Shown here in pieces: positions 52,689-64,000 of a stretch of 64,000 nt of DNA (position 1 is its first letter; each line of letters starts with the position of its first letter). Both the position numbers and the translations under genes were made by a program. The notes under the pieces were generated by a model. It saw only the letters and a list, made by a program, of their open reading frames with translations, had not been told where the DNA came from and did not search any database. The DNA lies in the NCBI GenBank assembly GCA_002633005.1, contig NMRA01000436.1, forward strand, positions 62,001-126,000. The letters are read 5' to 3'. Origin of the DNA: Phoronis australis. Its lineage: Eukaryota > Animalia > Phoronida.

Positions 52689-52931
52689 TCCATTTTAAAT
52701 CTAGTTAGTGTCCGGAGAGGAGTTGGTTCCATAGACCTTTATGGTGTAGAAGTGGACGGGTAAGATCAGGTTGCTAACTAAAACATCGAGTTCTGCAGTT
52801 CAAAATGTGATAGTGCTGTTTTGTTGTTTACTACATGGCCATGGGACTTGTGTTAACTGTGAAATAATATTTTTGTATTTTAACACTTAAAGTGGGACGT
52901 TGTTATACATGTACTTGTATTTCTGCAGTGA

Positions 52932-52937
52932 AATAAA
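52932..52937 (+). terminator. Probable polyadenylation signal of the MSTN-like gene
   Basis: AATAAA about 245 nt after the stop codon, with GT-rich sequence downstream. Confidence 0.5.
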
Positions 52938-54444
52938 TTTTAACGAGGCAAAAGTGCTATGATGCTGTTGATGTAACTGTCGGAGCTTCTTTCGTTCAAC
53001 TTTAACAACCCCGAGAAAGAAATGTCGCAGATGGAGTGAAACAAAGTTAACATTCATCTCTTAAAAACAGTTGTAATGTCCTGAAGGCCATCAAAAGAAT
53101 TATCTCGATGAATGGAGTGGAAACAAATTAGGCGCTGGCAGGAAACAAGATTGGCGGATTTGGGTAATAGTCTAGACGCATTTCCAGAAAAGAGCCCTGT
53201 ATAGGTTGGAAGAGCATGAAAAAGTTGGGAACAAGACGTTTTCACACAATCGAGGTATGGCGAATTCAATTAACCCTGCTCCCAATCCGAATTTTACATT
53301 TTGACTATCTAATTAGCATAAACAAAATGGCGGCCAAATTGTCAAGTTAACATGTATTTTTGTAATAGAAATCACAATATACCATTTAAAATGGTGAAAT
53401 GTCTCACATGTACACATCTTTTAAATACTTCTTGAGCAATACATCACTTATGGAAACTAAAAAATGCAACTTTAAAAACTAATTATGCAAATTAGGTGCC
53501 GCCACTACCATACAATGCTAACAACAAACATGCTAAGGACATTTTTGAAGCATTTTATGTCATATTTATTGGGTTATAGATGTATACTTACAGAATGTGG
53601 AAAATACAGTCGTTAGTCTGCAATGCTCGTTAAGCAAGGTGTCAGCACTATTTTGACAGAATATAAGGACAAATGGCCACAAATCCAGATTTCTTGCATT
53701 TGCATAGTCTACTGTTGCGTTGTTTCTGGCATGCACACCATGCCATCTCTAGGCTTGGACAGAACTCTGTGTCATCAGTATGGGCTAGAAGCACAAGTTT
53801 GTGTGTCCATCCCATATCAGAGGGTGATGGGAGCTCAGGTATGGAACAATGAGCATTTCGCCATACCTTGACTTGATAGTGCACTCTCATCAGATGGAAA
53901 CGGAGGGCATTATGCCTTGGAGTAAGGACTTCTGAGTTCACGAGCTTGGAGAACAGTAAATGATGTGCTACATCTACAGGTCTGTTCTGGTCGGGTTGCG
54001 TATTCTTCAGACAAAGACTTGTGAAGACGTCATAATTTTCTCAGTGAGTTCACCAACGCAGAGGTTCTTAAGCAATCTGTGATGCTCTGGGAACATTTTG
54101 CATGATGATTGTTTCGTGTGATGGGCAAAGTACGAGTTCGTGCCAAACCCGGTAACGGCATGAAAGGCAAACAAGCCGGGACTGATGTTGCTGAGTCTCT
54201 TAGTAGTTTGTTGAAAACTGCTTCAATAGGTATACATGTATATCGTCGTTTCTTTGATGTGCCTGACATCATTCAGATATGCTCAAATTGCATTTGTTGG
54301 AAGTGCGATACTAGAAGCTGTAGAACATCGGTGTCCCTGGAAAACACGACTGAATGTGGACAGCATGCAGTACCAGTCTTGCATCTGCTTCTTCATGTGC
54401 AGATATTAGAGTCCTCAAATCAGTCATATCCTTAGGTGACTTAA

Positions 54445-56118
54445 AGGAGAATGCCACCCAAAAACAACCTATTTTGTATCAATTTAGATCGAATAATTCA
54501 ACTCGACAACGATACGTTCGGTTGCGTTACCTGACGGCAGACGGAGGTGTTGAAATTATCCAATGACGTAATTGGTTTCACACGCAGTCTGTTCAGCAGT
54601 TCAAAACACGGGTAAGTGGTGTCAGCTTATCGCTTGAATTCATCGTTTAACACCAATAAATCATAAAACTTCGATGTAAAACCCTTAAAATACACCGAGT
54701 TCTTATGAAAACCCTTTTTTTCGCTGTTACTTATTTACTGGTATTTGGACGCACCTTAGCGTCAGTACAAAGTTCGGCAGGCCAATTTACCAAGGTCCGT
54801 AGCACTAAGGAATTTGGGGTCTGTTCGGAGATTAATTTGAAGTATTCTTCCGTGAAATACAGACAGGAATAACCTAGATCTGTGTTGTTATACTTGTGAT
54901 ATTTTGAGTTCTACACACACACAACGCTTGTTATCCCGGCCAGTGGCTCGGGACCCGATCAGGCCCGTCGCGGCCGGACTGACTCGTTATCCCGGCCAGT
55001 GGCTCGGAACCCGATCAGGCCCGTCGCGGCCGCAGGGACTGGCACGAACGTAAATCAGCTTGAGTTGGAAACTAAACCTCCAATCACAATGTGCACGTAA
55101 TTACTTCTAAGAATTAGCCACGAAACAGAAAATCGACCTCCTTACTTGTCGGGAGCCGCGTTGTCGGGTTCCCTTTCCACAGAACGTCAGGGCAAAGGTT
55201 GTACAGTAACAAAGATTTGAATAATGTATTTGTGTTTCTATATAAAGATTCCCCTAACACGTGAAAATAGCATATAAAATCGAGTGATAGTTTCACCACA
55301 TCTTTCTGTCGGCAAACACTGAATTAGCATAGACTCACACGGCCTCGGTGTCCGGTCAAGTACCTTTGTTGCCGGCATCAAAAGCCGGCAACGCGCAGTG
55401 GTTTATTCATTGCTGGCTTCTCAAAACATTTGCATTCACGACCACTCCAAGGCCAATTGTATCTAATGAGACAGACTTTGTTTCAGTTTCATATAAGCAT
55501 TGATTAGATTGAGAATAATTCATTTTGAAACAGAACGCAGAATAATAAACGTCTACTAATAAACGGCAACTTGCCCCGCGCCAATCCCGACTTAGTCAAG
55601 AGCTCAGGCAACGAAGACTTCTTGGGTCGGATCATTAGGTTTCACAGGCTATCAGCTCGAACCGGAATACACTGATCAAGAAATACTAAAGAGGCGCCGT
55701 GAACATGCACAGGCAACGTATGGATAGGTTTTTGGTAAGCCAGAATTCGTCAGAGAAATCACTGTCGACGAAATGCCGGCCGCAGACACGGAGATGTTTC
55801 AGAGCCTCATACTTGCTATTAACAGCCTACTTTTTATTCTTCACTACCGCGAGCCACTTCCTAAGCATTTCGGGCTCTCGAGGAAGTCGAAAAAACGATA
55901 TACCCGCTTCATAGTTCGGACAAGCGGGAACGATGCACTGCAATATAGCGGCATTCACTCTTCAGACGAACCACTGACGCCGCTGCGTCGTTTCTCACCA
56001 TCCTCACAGGTTAACGCGATTCGTCTTGGCAAGGTGTGGTCGACCGTATAAAAGGCGATGTGGATATAGACCGATTAAGACGGTAAAAAAGAATAATTTA
56101 ATCGGGTGACATTCTCCT
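54445..56118. mobile_element. TTAA-targeting (Kolobok-like) non-autonomous element inserted in the Academ coding region
   Basis: TTAA|AGGAGAATGCCACCC ... GGGTGACATTCTCCT|TTAA. Academ coding sequence resumes on both sides. Confidence 0.75.
54926..55032. repeat. 57-bp GC-rich tandem duplication
   Basis: GTTATCCCGGCCAGTGGCTCGG(G/A)ACCCGATCAGGCCCGTCGCGGCCG present twice. Confidence 0.85.
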
Positions 56119-57449
56119 TTAATTGACTTCCAGCTCATCTTTGAGCCCTCCTGCAACCATAACCTTTTTATCTTCAGGCGTCTACTAACACAGTTCCACT
56201 GACAAGAAATGTGCTAGGTCTGCTTTATTCTCAGCCAGTGCCCGAAAATTTGACCAGTTTTGATGAAGATGTATATAATGTCTTCCCAAAAGTCGCCTGA
56301 TTTGCCGTGTTCTTTTACTGCGCTGTTTTCTTGTGTCCTTCATTGTTTCTTCTCTGTACCTGTCAAATACAATATCAATTTTATGACATCGAAATCCTGT
56401 TTTCTTGAATGATCCGCCAGGTTTTCGAAGGTCACAGCATTATCGGGCTTCCCAAGAGCTACCAGCAATGCTTGGTCATCAATAATGAGGCAAGCGAACG
56501 TGTCACGAAGTTGAATTGTTTCAAGACAGTCGATGTGTTAATTGTTAATACTTCGACAAGTGAAGATTTATCTCCAGTGCGCAATGTGCCACTCGTTTCT
56601 TCAATCAAACATGGACGGGAAGAAGCTCGCGTTTGAGCACAGACAGCAAATCAACTGGCCGATCCACCTCATAAGCCGTATCTAGACAGCGAAGTACATG
56701 CCTGTCTGCCTTAAGAACTATTTTGTTGTCTTTGTCTTTGGTTTGTTTCACATCATACAAGTTGGCATATGTTGGGGCATTTTTTGCGCATAGGCGCATG
56801 AATTGACATGTCTGAATTATCGCATTGCTCAGTGATAATTAATCTGCCTTGAACAAATTTCTTAATTTGTTTGTGTCCAAGTTCCTTGACCTGCAAAAGT
56901 GACTCTTGGATTAGAATGTATGGACATGCATATCTTTACAGCAGTATTTTAAGTCAGGTTCTGATTTCTAATCTAATTTTCAGGCTTTATTAATGAGCAT
57001 TTGAAACATAGTGAAGATGAAATAGAAAGCTTCACATATGTCATAATGATTTTTCTAGACCTTCAAAACCTTGGTATAGAAATTGATTAAGTTACACAGA
57101 AATTTGAATTTTTTGGTAATGGCGGAAGCTAATTAGCATAATTGAGGAATTTAATAACTCAAAATTAAGTGTTCTAAACACACTTATACTATGTTTTTGT
57201 AGTAACATTTCCTAATTATTCGTCACATAATGCAATTCTGGTCCCAAGCATGTTTCTTATCTTGTTGGTTTGGCGGCCATTTTGTTTATGCAAGTTAGAT
57301 GGTCAAAAACTCAAAATCTAGCTTGGGAACAGGCATAATTAAAATCAGCACACCATGATTATGCTAAAAAGATAGGTTCTCCACTTTTAATAAAAATGCC
57401 TCTAACATGCACATTTTCCAGAAATGCGTCTAGACTTTAAAGAATAAAA

Positions 57450-57875
57450 CAATAATACAAACTATCAGGAATATTTTAGTTCATCCCAAAGACAGAATAA
57501 GTGAGTATAAAAAATGTCAGTGTGTTTATCGCATTCCTTGCCTCAACTGTGAGTCAGTGTACATCGGAGAGACTGGGCGAGAGTTCACAGTCAGGCTAAA
57601 CGAAACCAGAAAGGAGGTGGATGAGCGGTCTCAGCGAAGTCACGCGTTCAGAGAGGAGATGGTCTCAGAATACTATCAACAAATCTGCAGTGACGGACCA
57701 TGCTATTGCTTTTAACCACGTAATTAACTGGAAAGACGCTCGTCCTGTCGAGTCGGAAAATAACTTGAGATCTAGACGGATTAGAGAGTCTATTTGGGTG
57801 AAAAAAGTGGCTCAGTTAAGAACAGACACGATGGGGGATATAAATTGTCTAAGATTTGGGACAGTGTCATCACAT
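57450..57875 (+). pseudogene. Penelope-like retroelement GIY-YIG endonuclease, 3' remnant
   Basis: LVHPKD...CVYRIPCLNCESVYIGETGR...RLNE, then SAVTDHA...HVINW...RRIRESIWV, with a frameshift between the two parts. Confidence 0.85.
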
Positions 57876-57893
57876 CGCCTCCTATTGTCCAAT

Positions 57894-57937
57894 AGCTTCC
57901 GAAGATGGCTGCTGTGAGTAGCCGAAACTGTCAAGGT
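57894..57937 (+). ncRNA. Minimal type I hammerhead ribozyme-like motif at the Penelope 3' end
   Basis: AGCTT-CCGAAGA-T-GGCTGCT(GTG)AGTAGCC-GAAAC-T-GTC-AAGGT: stem I, a CUGAnGA-like box (U>C variant), stem II, GAAA and a GUC site. Confidence 0.55.
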
Positions 57938-58202
57938 ACAGAGTTTTTGCTTGGTTGTGTCAATAAGAATTAATCTATGTGTTTTCTACCAACCTTATGA
58001 AATTATTTAGTAATAATCATAACTGTATTTCATACAGTCACTCTAATGGAACTTCGCGGGAAGAAAAAACAAATTCACAGAAATTAGCTGTGAAGTAGAA
58101 GCGAACCGAGTAGCTCCGCATCTGCCGCCAAACGCCCTTAGCTGTGTCAAATGCCAATCGTTGTAACCAATATTGAAAAATAACTGAGTATTTGAAGCGT
58201 AT

Positions 58203-60900
58203 TTAAGTGGATTTCAGCGAATATCTGCAGATTACGGCGATATGAAATAAAAAAAAACACAATGGGTTGGTTTGTTTTAAATATCTGGTCGAAATCGCCA
58301 ACTTCAAAAAGTCTATACCTCGCAACAATAATCCAAAAGATGAGATCGACAATGTGCTTTTAATAGGCCATAGTCCATTCGACATTAGGAAGCCTAGAAA
58401 ATCACTTCCGTGGCTACTTTTTGGGTGCAAGTCAATTTCGGTTTTTAAGGTCATTAAGTGCTTGTCCACGAGAGCACCAGCCATCCAGTGGCAAGGTGAG
58501 GGTCAGCCGATTTTCACCAAATTTGACACATAGGTAGTCCTATGGGATCTATAGTGGTAAAATATTTCCCCAAAATATTACGTTCTATCAAAGTTGTAGG
58601 CTCAAGCACATTTTACGGCTTCACAGCCATGTTTTCAAGCTGTAAAAACAGTCCAATTTTAACTGTTTATATTTTTCCTTGAATGAAAGCTATTGAACTG
58701 TTAGTCACTTGACATTGTTAAGTGGTGCCTATAGATTGTTACACAGGTGTCTTGAAAAAAAGATTTCGATTTACCACCCTCATTCAGTAGCTTTGCTACA
58801 CTGCCCCCCCCCGTTATGCCATTTTGAGGTATATGTTCAATACACTACTATACCAACTCTGCCCCCACTGCTATGAGAATGAAACTTGGCCAAGATGTTG
58901 ACAAAACACGTTACTTTCATTGCATAAAATAAAAAGTTTGTCAGAGTCAGACAGTTTATTAGTTATACACTTTAGGACCTCAAATGCACTAAAATGAAAA
59001 ATTTTCAAACATCTGAGACCGTTGCGTGAGCACTTAAAATCAGATTGTCCTTAATGGTTTTTGGTATTTTGCAACGAGTTTGTTCCTCCTGAATGTTTTG
59101 AATGTATTACTACTTACCACCTAAGACTATAGTACTCCTAGATACCATACATTACTCAATTTAAAAAAAAAAACGATTATGTCCTCTCCAGTCATCAAGG
59201 TTAGACATGAACTCTACAAATTTAGATTATTTTGATTTACAGTTGTTATGCTTTGCAATTTCCTCATGGGTATTTCTTCACACCTATTCAAGTCAGATTT
59301 TCTGTTGATCAAATGTTTATGCAATGCATTGAATATCAAATGAATGATAAGTTTAGTGGCATGACCACAATTTTTCATATGACTTACATGTAAAACAAAA
59401 GGCCGCAGAAATGTTCCTGACGAAATACCGGGTTTGTAGTTCTCTAAAAACATTCGAATGGCTAGACAAACTCCACCACTGTCCATGGCAACGCGTCGCA
59501 TGTATATCGCCCATCAGTCGTATCATTGTTTTCCTTTGTTGTGTCATTGTTGGATATAACAACACGGGTCGCATGAATATAGAACCTGACCGTAGCCGAT
59601 AAATATTCGTCATTATCTTCACTATAACAACGGGGACAATGACGATGTTACTTCATGCGACCAGGTTTCCCGAAGATGACCACAGAAGAGGAATCCGAAA
59701 GTATCCACAAACACTTATCACGCACCTCAGTAACACTTACTGCGCACACAAATCCTTTCCGTGGAACCTAAACACCCATTTTTTATATCCATGTATTGTG
59801 TTGTACAGTGTGTTTTTCATGGTACGAGTTCAGATTTCGTTGTATTAAGATATCAATCCTCAACCCTGTAATATGTAGTTTGAGTAAAATTTCTAGATAG
59901 TGAAGTTTATAGATTTATTCTCTTTTAAATGAAGAGTAAACATCAAATTCTGTACTGGTTTTTCAAAAGTAATCACACATCTAAAAAGTAAAACCATGTC
60001 TGACAATTTCATTCCTTATCTCATTTGAAAGTTGTCTACCTCACAGACAACACATCTATGTTAAATTCCTTGTGAAAATATATAAAACACCAACCAGAGA
60101 TTGTATACTACAAAATATGTTTTCATAATACAATACAAAGACAACTGTACAGTTAAAAGTGCAAATGCTAATAAAAATTGCCTTCTACATCTTTTCAACA
60201 CTCCAATTGGCGCAAAAACTGATGCTTGCGGAAGCACAAATTGATTTAGGAACATGCCAAGAATTGTATGTATGTCAGTATGACACTTGCCACTTGACTT
60301 GGCTTTCCTCAATTACAATGCACTGCCTGCTGGTTTATGAGCCTTAACCCTTGGTAATTGCCAATTACTTGCATACTCACCCAAGAATTAACACTTTTCA
60401 ATGTAGATAATAGGTGTAAACAAGTTAGCCAAGACAACAGGATAACATCAATTGGCTGTCCTCTGATGAATGCTTTCATGAAGCAGACAACTTGGGAACG
60501 GGAAAAATACGGGCACAATATTTTCCTGGCATTTGATTGGCTGTTCTGATCACTTTGCATTGACACCTGGTGGCTAACATATTAGTTTAGGCTAATTTTT
60601 TCTAACTTTTAAATTAAAATTATTACTAAACGTGCAAGTGTATTCTTGGGAAATTTTTGCAATTGACTTTTGAACATCTGTAGATGGGTTTAATGCAAAA
60701 GTTCCCGTTGCTCCCCAAAAGTAGCCACGGAGGTGAAAGATAGGAGAGGTGGCACTATGGCCTATAAACCAACGTCCGTGTGCATAAAATTCCGTTTAAG
60801 TATTCAGCGGATAAGACCTTATACGGGGGATACGATTGATACGTCGGATATTTATTCGGCGTATAAATATGTGTTACACAAATGATCATGATCGGGGGAT
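58203..60900. mobile_element. Old TIR element (boundaries approximate)
   Basis: ATAGGCCATAG...TCACTTCCGTGGCTACTTTTTGGGTGCAA (~58361-58430) is inverse to TTGCTCCCCAAAAGTAGCCACGGAGGTGA...CTATGGCCTAT (~60708-60765). Confidence 0.4.
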
Positions 60901-61029
60901 ATCTTTGTTATGCGGCGGATAGCAAAAAGGATGCCATGTAAGGCAATACTCATAATTTTTGTAACGATGGTAAACACAAAATGGATGATTAAGGTGCGTA
61001 AGTTAGTCAATACCTATTTCGTCATAGAT

Positions 61030-61330
61030 CACTCAAACGTTGAGACTGTGATCATTATTTCTATTGACCAAGATTGGTTCATTCACAGTCGGGCCGGTGA
61101 TCTTTACCTGGGTTCCATCCACACAACATATTACCCTGTGGAATCGAGCCTTGAAGACAGCCTTGATCTCATTCACCCTTTTTGGTACATGTATGTGCCG
61201 CACTACTGCCGATGAGACACGTGCCACATTGCGACTCAGCGTTGACTCGCGCAAGTGTGCCACATTCACGAAGTTGCCATTATGCTTGAAAACCAGGTAG
61301 ATTGTGTCCAAATTACAAATAGTTCTCTAC
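61030..61330 (-). pseudogene. Harbinger (HARBI1-like DDE) transposase fragment
   Basis: RVICCVDGTQVKITGP..NEPILVNRNNDHSLNV matches the G-x-I-D-G-T-H...NRK..HS.N motif. Confidence 0.8.
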
Positions 61331-64000
61331 GCTTGGAACACCCGCACTTTAGCGTTTGCGTTGTAAAACTTGATGCTAAAGCGAGGTAATACGTCCTGAA
61401 CAACAGTGCACAATAATCATTTTTGCATCGTCGCCTCCAAAGTGTACAAGTAGTGAATAACTGCTATATTAACTTGTTTGTTTGTAGTGTCTATAGCCAA
61501 TTTGCTTTACATCTCCACACCAGACGATTGGAAATTGTAGAGAGTATGAGCAAGTGAATATCAAGAAAGGACAGTTGTTTTTAATCACGTTTGCGTTAAT
61601 GGCTACCGGACTGTCTTGGGAAGAAATAAAAACAAATTCTTAAGACAAGACTCCTTTTTATAGATGCTCATACGATACGAAGTTCGTATTTCATGAATTT
61701 CCGTGTAACATTACCATGTACATCAATAAACACATCAGGTGTCCCAAAAAGTGAGCTACTTCTTGACAATAATTTCTCAGCAATTGATCACCCGAATTCG
61801 TTCAAAACTTTCACAATGTATCTTCAACAGCTACAATGGTGGGCGTGGCCTAATTATATTTGTTAGAACTATTAATCCAAGTGATGGGTGGGCTTCTCCG
61901 TTGTACGCGTTGCCTAACGGTTCCGAGACGTGAGTCTTCTCTATGCTGTTACATGCTGACAGTAAATGAACTCATTTCCAATCAAAAGGGAAGGTTTGAA
62001 CGTTCAAATGTAAATCGGTTAGTAGGAACTCTAACCAATCAAAAAGGCATGTGAGGTGAATTATGCGGGTTGTCGTCGGTGCTTTAAGAGTGATAGTCCA
62101 GGTCAGAGTTTGCTAGTGATATCATTAACATATCAACATCAAAGCTACATGCATGTTGCAAAAAAGTCAAACTGCAGGCGAAACATGTTGGCAGGCGACC
62201 AACTTTGTCGGCTGAAGTTTCGCGACTTTTCGATGCGACATTCGTATCAGCGTAAGATAAACTGGTGTCGTTTCCGGCGAGCAACATATTGCTGGCCGAA
62301 AAGTTGCTGTGTTCGGGAAATTTTCCCAATGGTTTCTTCACGAGAGCATCAAAAAGTCGACTCTAAGGTCATCCGAATGGTATCTTAACAAAACTACATA
62401 CATGTATTCATAGGTCTTGATTTGGGCCCAGACAGATCTATCTTGGCTAATTAGGTCCGTAAGAACATCAGCTTTAATGGCATAACGCGATGAGGATATG
62501 GAAGTAGACATTGAACCCCTCATGAGTTTCCTTTAACATTTTGTAGAGCGCCAAAGTAGGATAATTTTGCCAAATTTCCACTCGATTTTTATGCAACTTT
62601 GACGCGCTCCAGATACCAGTTTACGGTGTTTTTAAATTAATAGTCTACAGCTCTCCGGTAAAACGCAGGATAAAAAATTGGGCAGATGATTGACGAGAAT
62701 GTGGCAGACGATGGTTTTCCAACAGATGGGACTGGCGTTGTGCACCCCAGACTCTAGTAGATGCAACTTTGTGACATCATGCAAACGCAAGAGCACGGTT
62801 AACAACTTCGCAGGAAAATTGTTTCACTCTACAGTATGTCACGTTTTGGGCCTTTTAAAAACGCTATAAACCACTTACAGTCAGCAAAATGATTCAGAGT
62901 GCACAATCGCAATCATACGTCCTTGCAACTATGCACACTTTCCATTTATAATCCCCTTGTATGAATATAAATCCGGTCTTACCTTTGGAATACTAGAAAG
63001 GTAAAATTGTGCGACGCCATGCGGCTAACTATCGGTTATAAAGACAGAAAAATGTCAGATTAAAAACTGGGTTACCTTTTGAATGGTGCATAGGAATCGC
63101 CTTGTACAGACTGCAAAAAGTACATATCTGAGAGCTAGTATTTTGCATTGTTGTCAGGTAAGTTACTGTCAGCCTGCCGTTTTAAGTCCACTTTAACAGC
63201 GATATTTGAAAACGCTGTAGTATTTGATGCCAGGTTCTAGTATCGAAACGGCTAACAACGTAAACCAACGCTGTCACGGTCCAGTTTTGCCGTCTGACAA
63301 GACCCGACAAATTCCGATGTCGTGCCCAGTTCAGATTGTTTTGACCTAAGATGAATTTGGCGCAAATTCAGTAGCAATTTTCCTGTCTGGCGTCAGCCGA
63401 TTGCAATGCAAAGTCTAGACTTCGCCACTGGTCACTCTCTCCTTCCTTGACCCTGGGTTTCCAGGCACCTCATTGTAAAAACCCGGTACCTGGCGAATGA
63501 CGAAGTTGCAGGCTGAAATCCGACTTAAAGAAATAAACAATACCGGTTCAAAACTCGAGACAAATCCGCTTTTTGAACCCAATGGTTTAAAAATAGAATA
63601 AGTAGCCCTGAGTACAAGTTTGTCAAAACAAACAAAAGATCTCAATGACAATTGGCTCTTCCCCATAACAAAGACCATTCATTATCTTGACAGCACGTTT
63701 TTGCGAGGGCGAATCAGCAGTTTTGTAAGAGCGTGACCACAACCATAATTCATTATCTAACGGTATTAAGCATAGGCTAGTATCGCAAAGTTTCATTTGT
63801 GTCCAATCAGCTATTTCAGAGACAAGATGTTACGAACTTTGAAAACTTTCCATTTTCGCGGGTTCAAAATTATCGCCATTTTCACGAGCGTACAAGCCGA
63901 ACGATTTTCCCGAATAACTCAACCCGAAAGCGCACAATATGGCGCCCGTCCATGTCTACAACCTGTTAAACTGCAAGCATGCTTCGAAATTAAGAGGCAG

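Larger units (their letters stand above)
53168..57437 (-). mobile_element. Decayed Academ transposon with TIRs
   Basis: TIR TAGTCTAGACGCATTTC.. / ..GAAATGCGTCTAGACTT and 3-bp TSD TAA. The - strand fragments read KADRHVL..VDLLSVLKRELLPV, IDIVFDRY, NKADLAHFL, HEEADARL, SRDTDV, HLMRVHYQVKVW..PSDMGW and a Cys-rich tail. Confidence 0.85.

Noticed and set aside
61736-64000. Tc1/mariner-like end (CAGGTGTCCCAAAAA) and further repeat-like fragments
   Set aside because: No partner TIR, TSD or coding motif could be established within the window.

Overview
Repeat-rich eukaryotic (metazoan, probably invertebrate) genomic DNA, not prokaryotic. It holds one convincing host gene, a three-exon myostatin/GDF8-11 (myoglianin)-type TGF-beta ligand on the + strand. 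The exons are 19906-20701, 50323-50708 and 52296-52688, spliced GT-AG in phases 1 and 0 to a 524-aa protein, with a 29.6-kb first intron. The protein has an unusually long N-terminal prodomain extension with two extra furin-type sites and polar substitutions in the usually hydrophobic W-x-x-I-I-A-P receptor-binding motif. The rest is mostly transposon debris: a full-length but decayed BEL/Pao LTR retrotransposon in intron 1 (LTRs, TSD, tRNA-iMet PBS, PPT), an internally deleted Kolobok (THAP transposase plus KolX) nested in a Helentron/HINE-like element just upstream of the gene, two Academ remnants, nested Harbinger-type elements, a Penelope-like GIY-YIG remnant with a minimal hammerhead ribozyme, many MITEs and several minisatellites. 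No clearly new multi-gene system is supported. The best leads are the divergent ligand and several transposon architectures. All family assignments come from motif recognition by eye; no database search was run.
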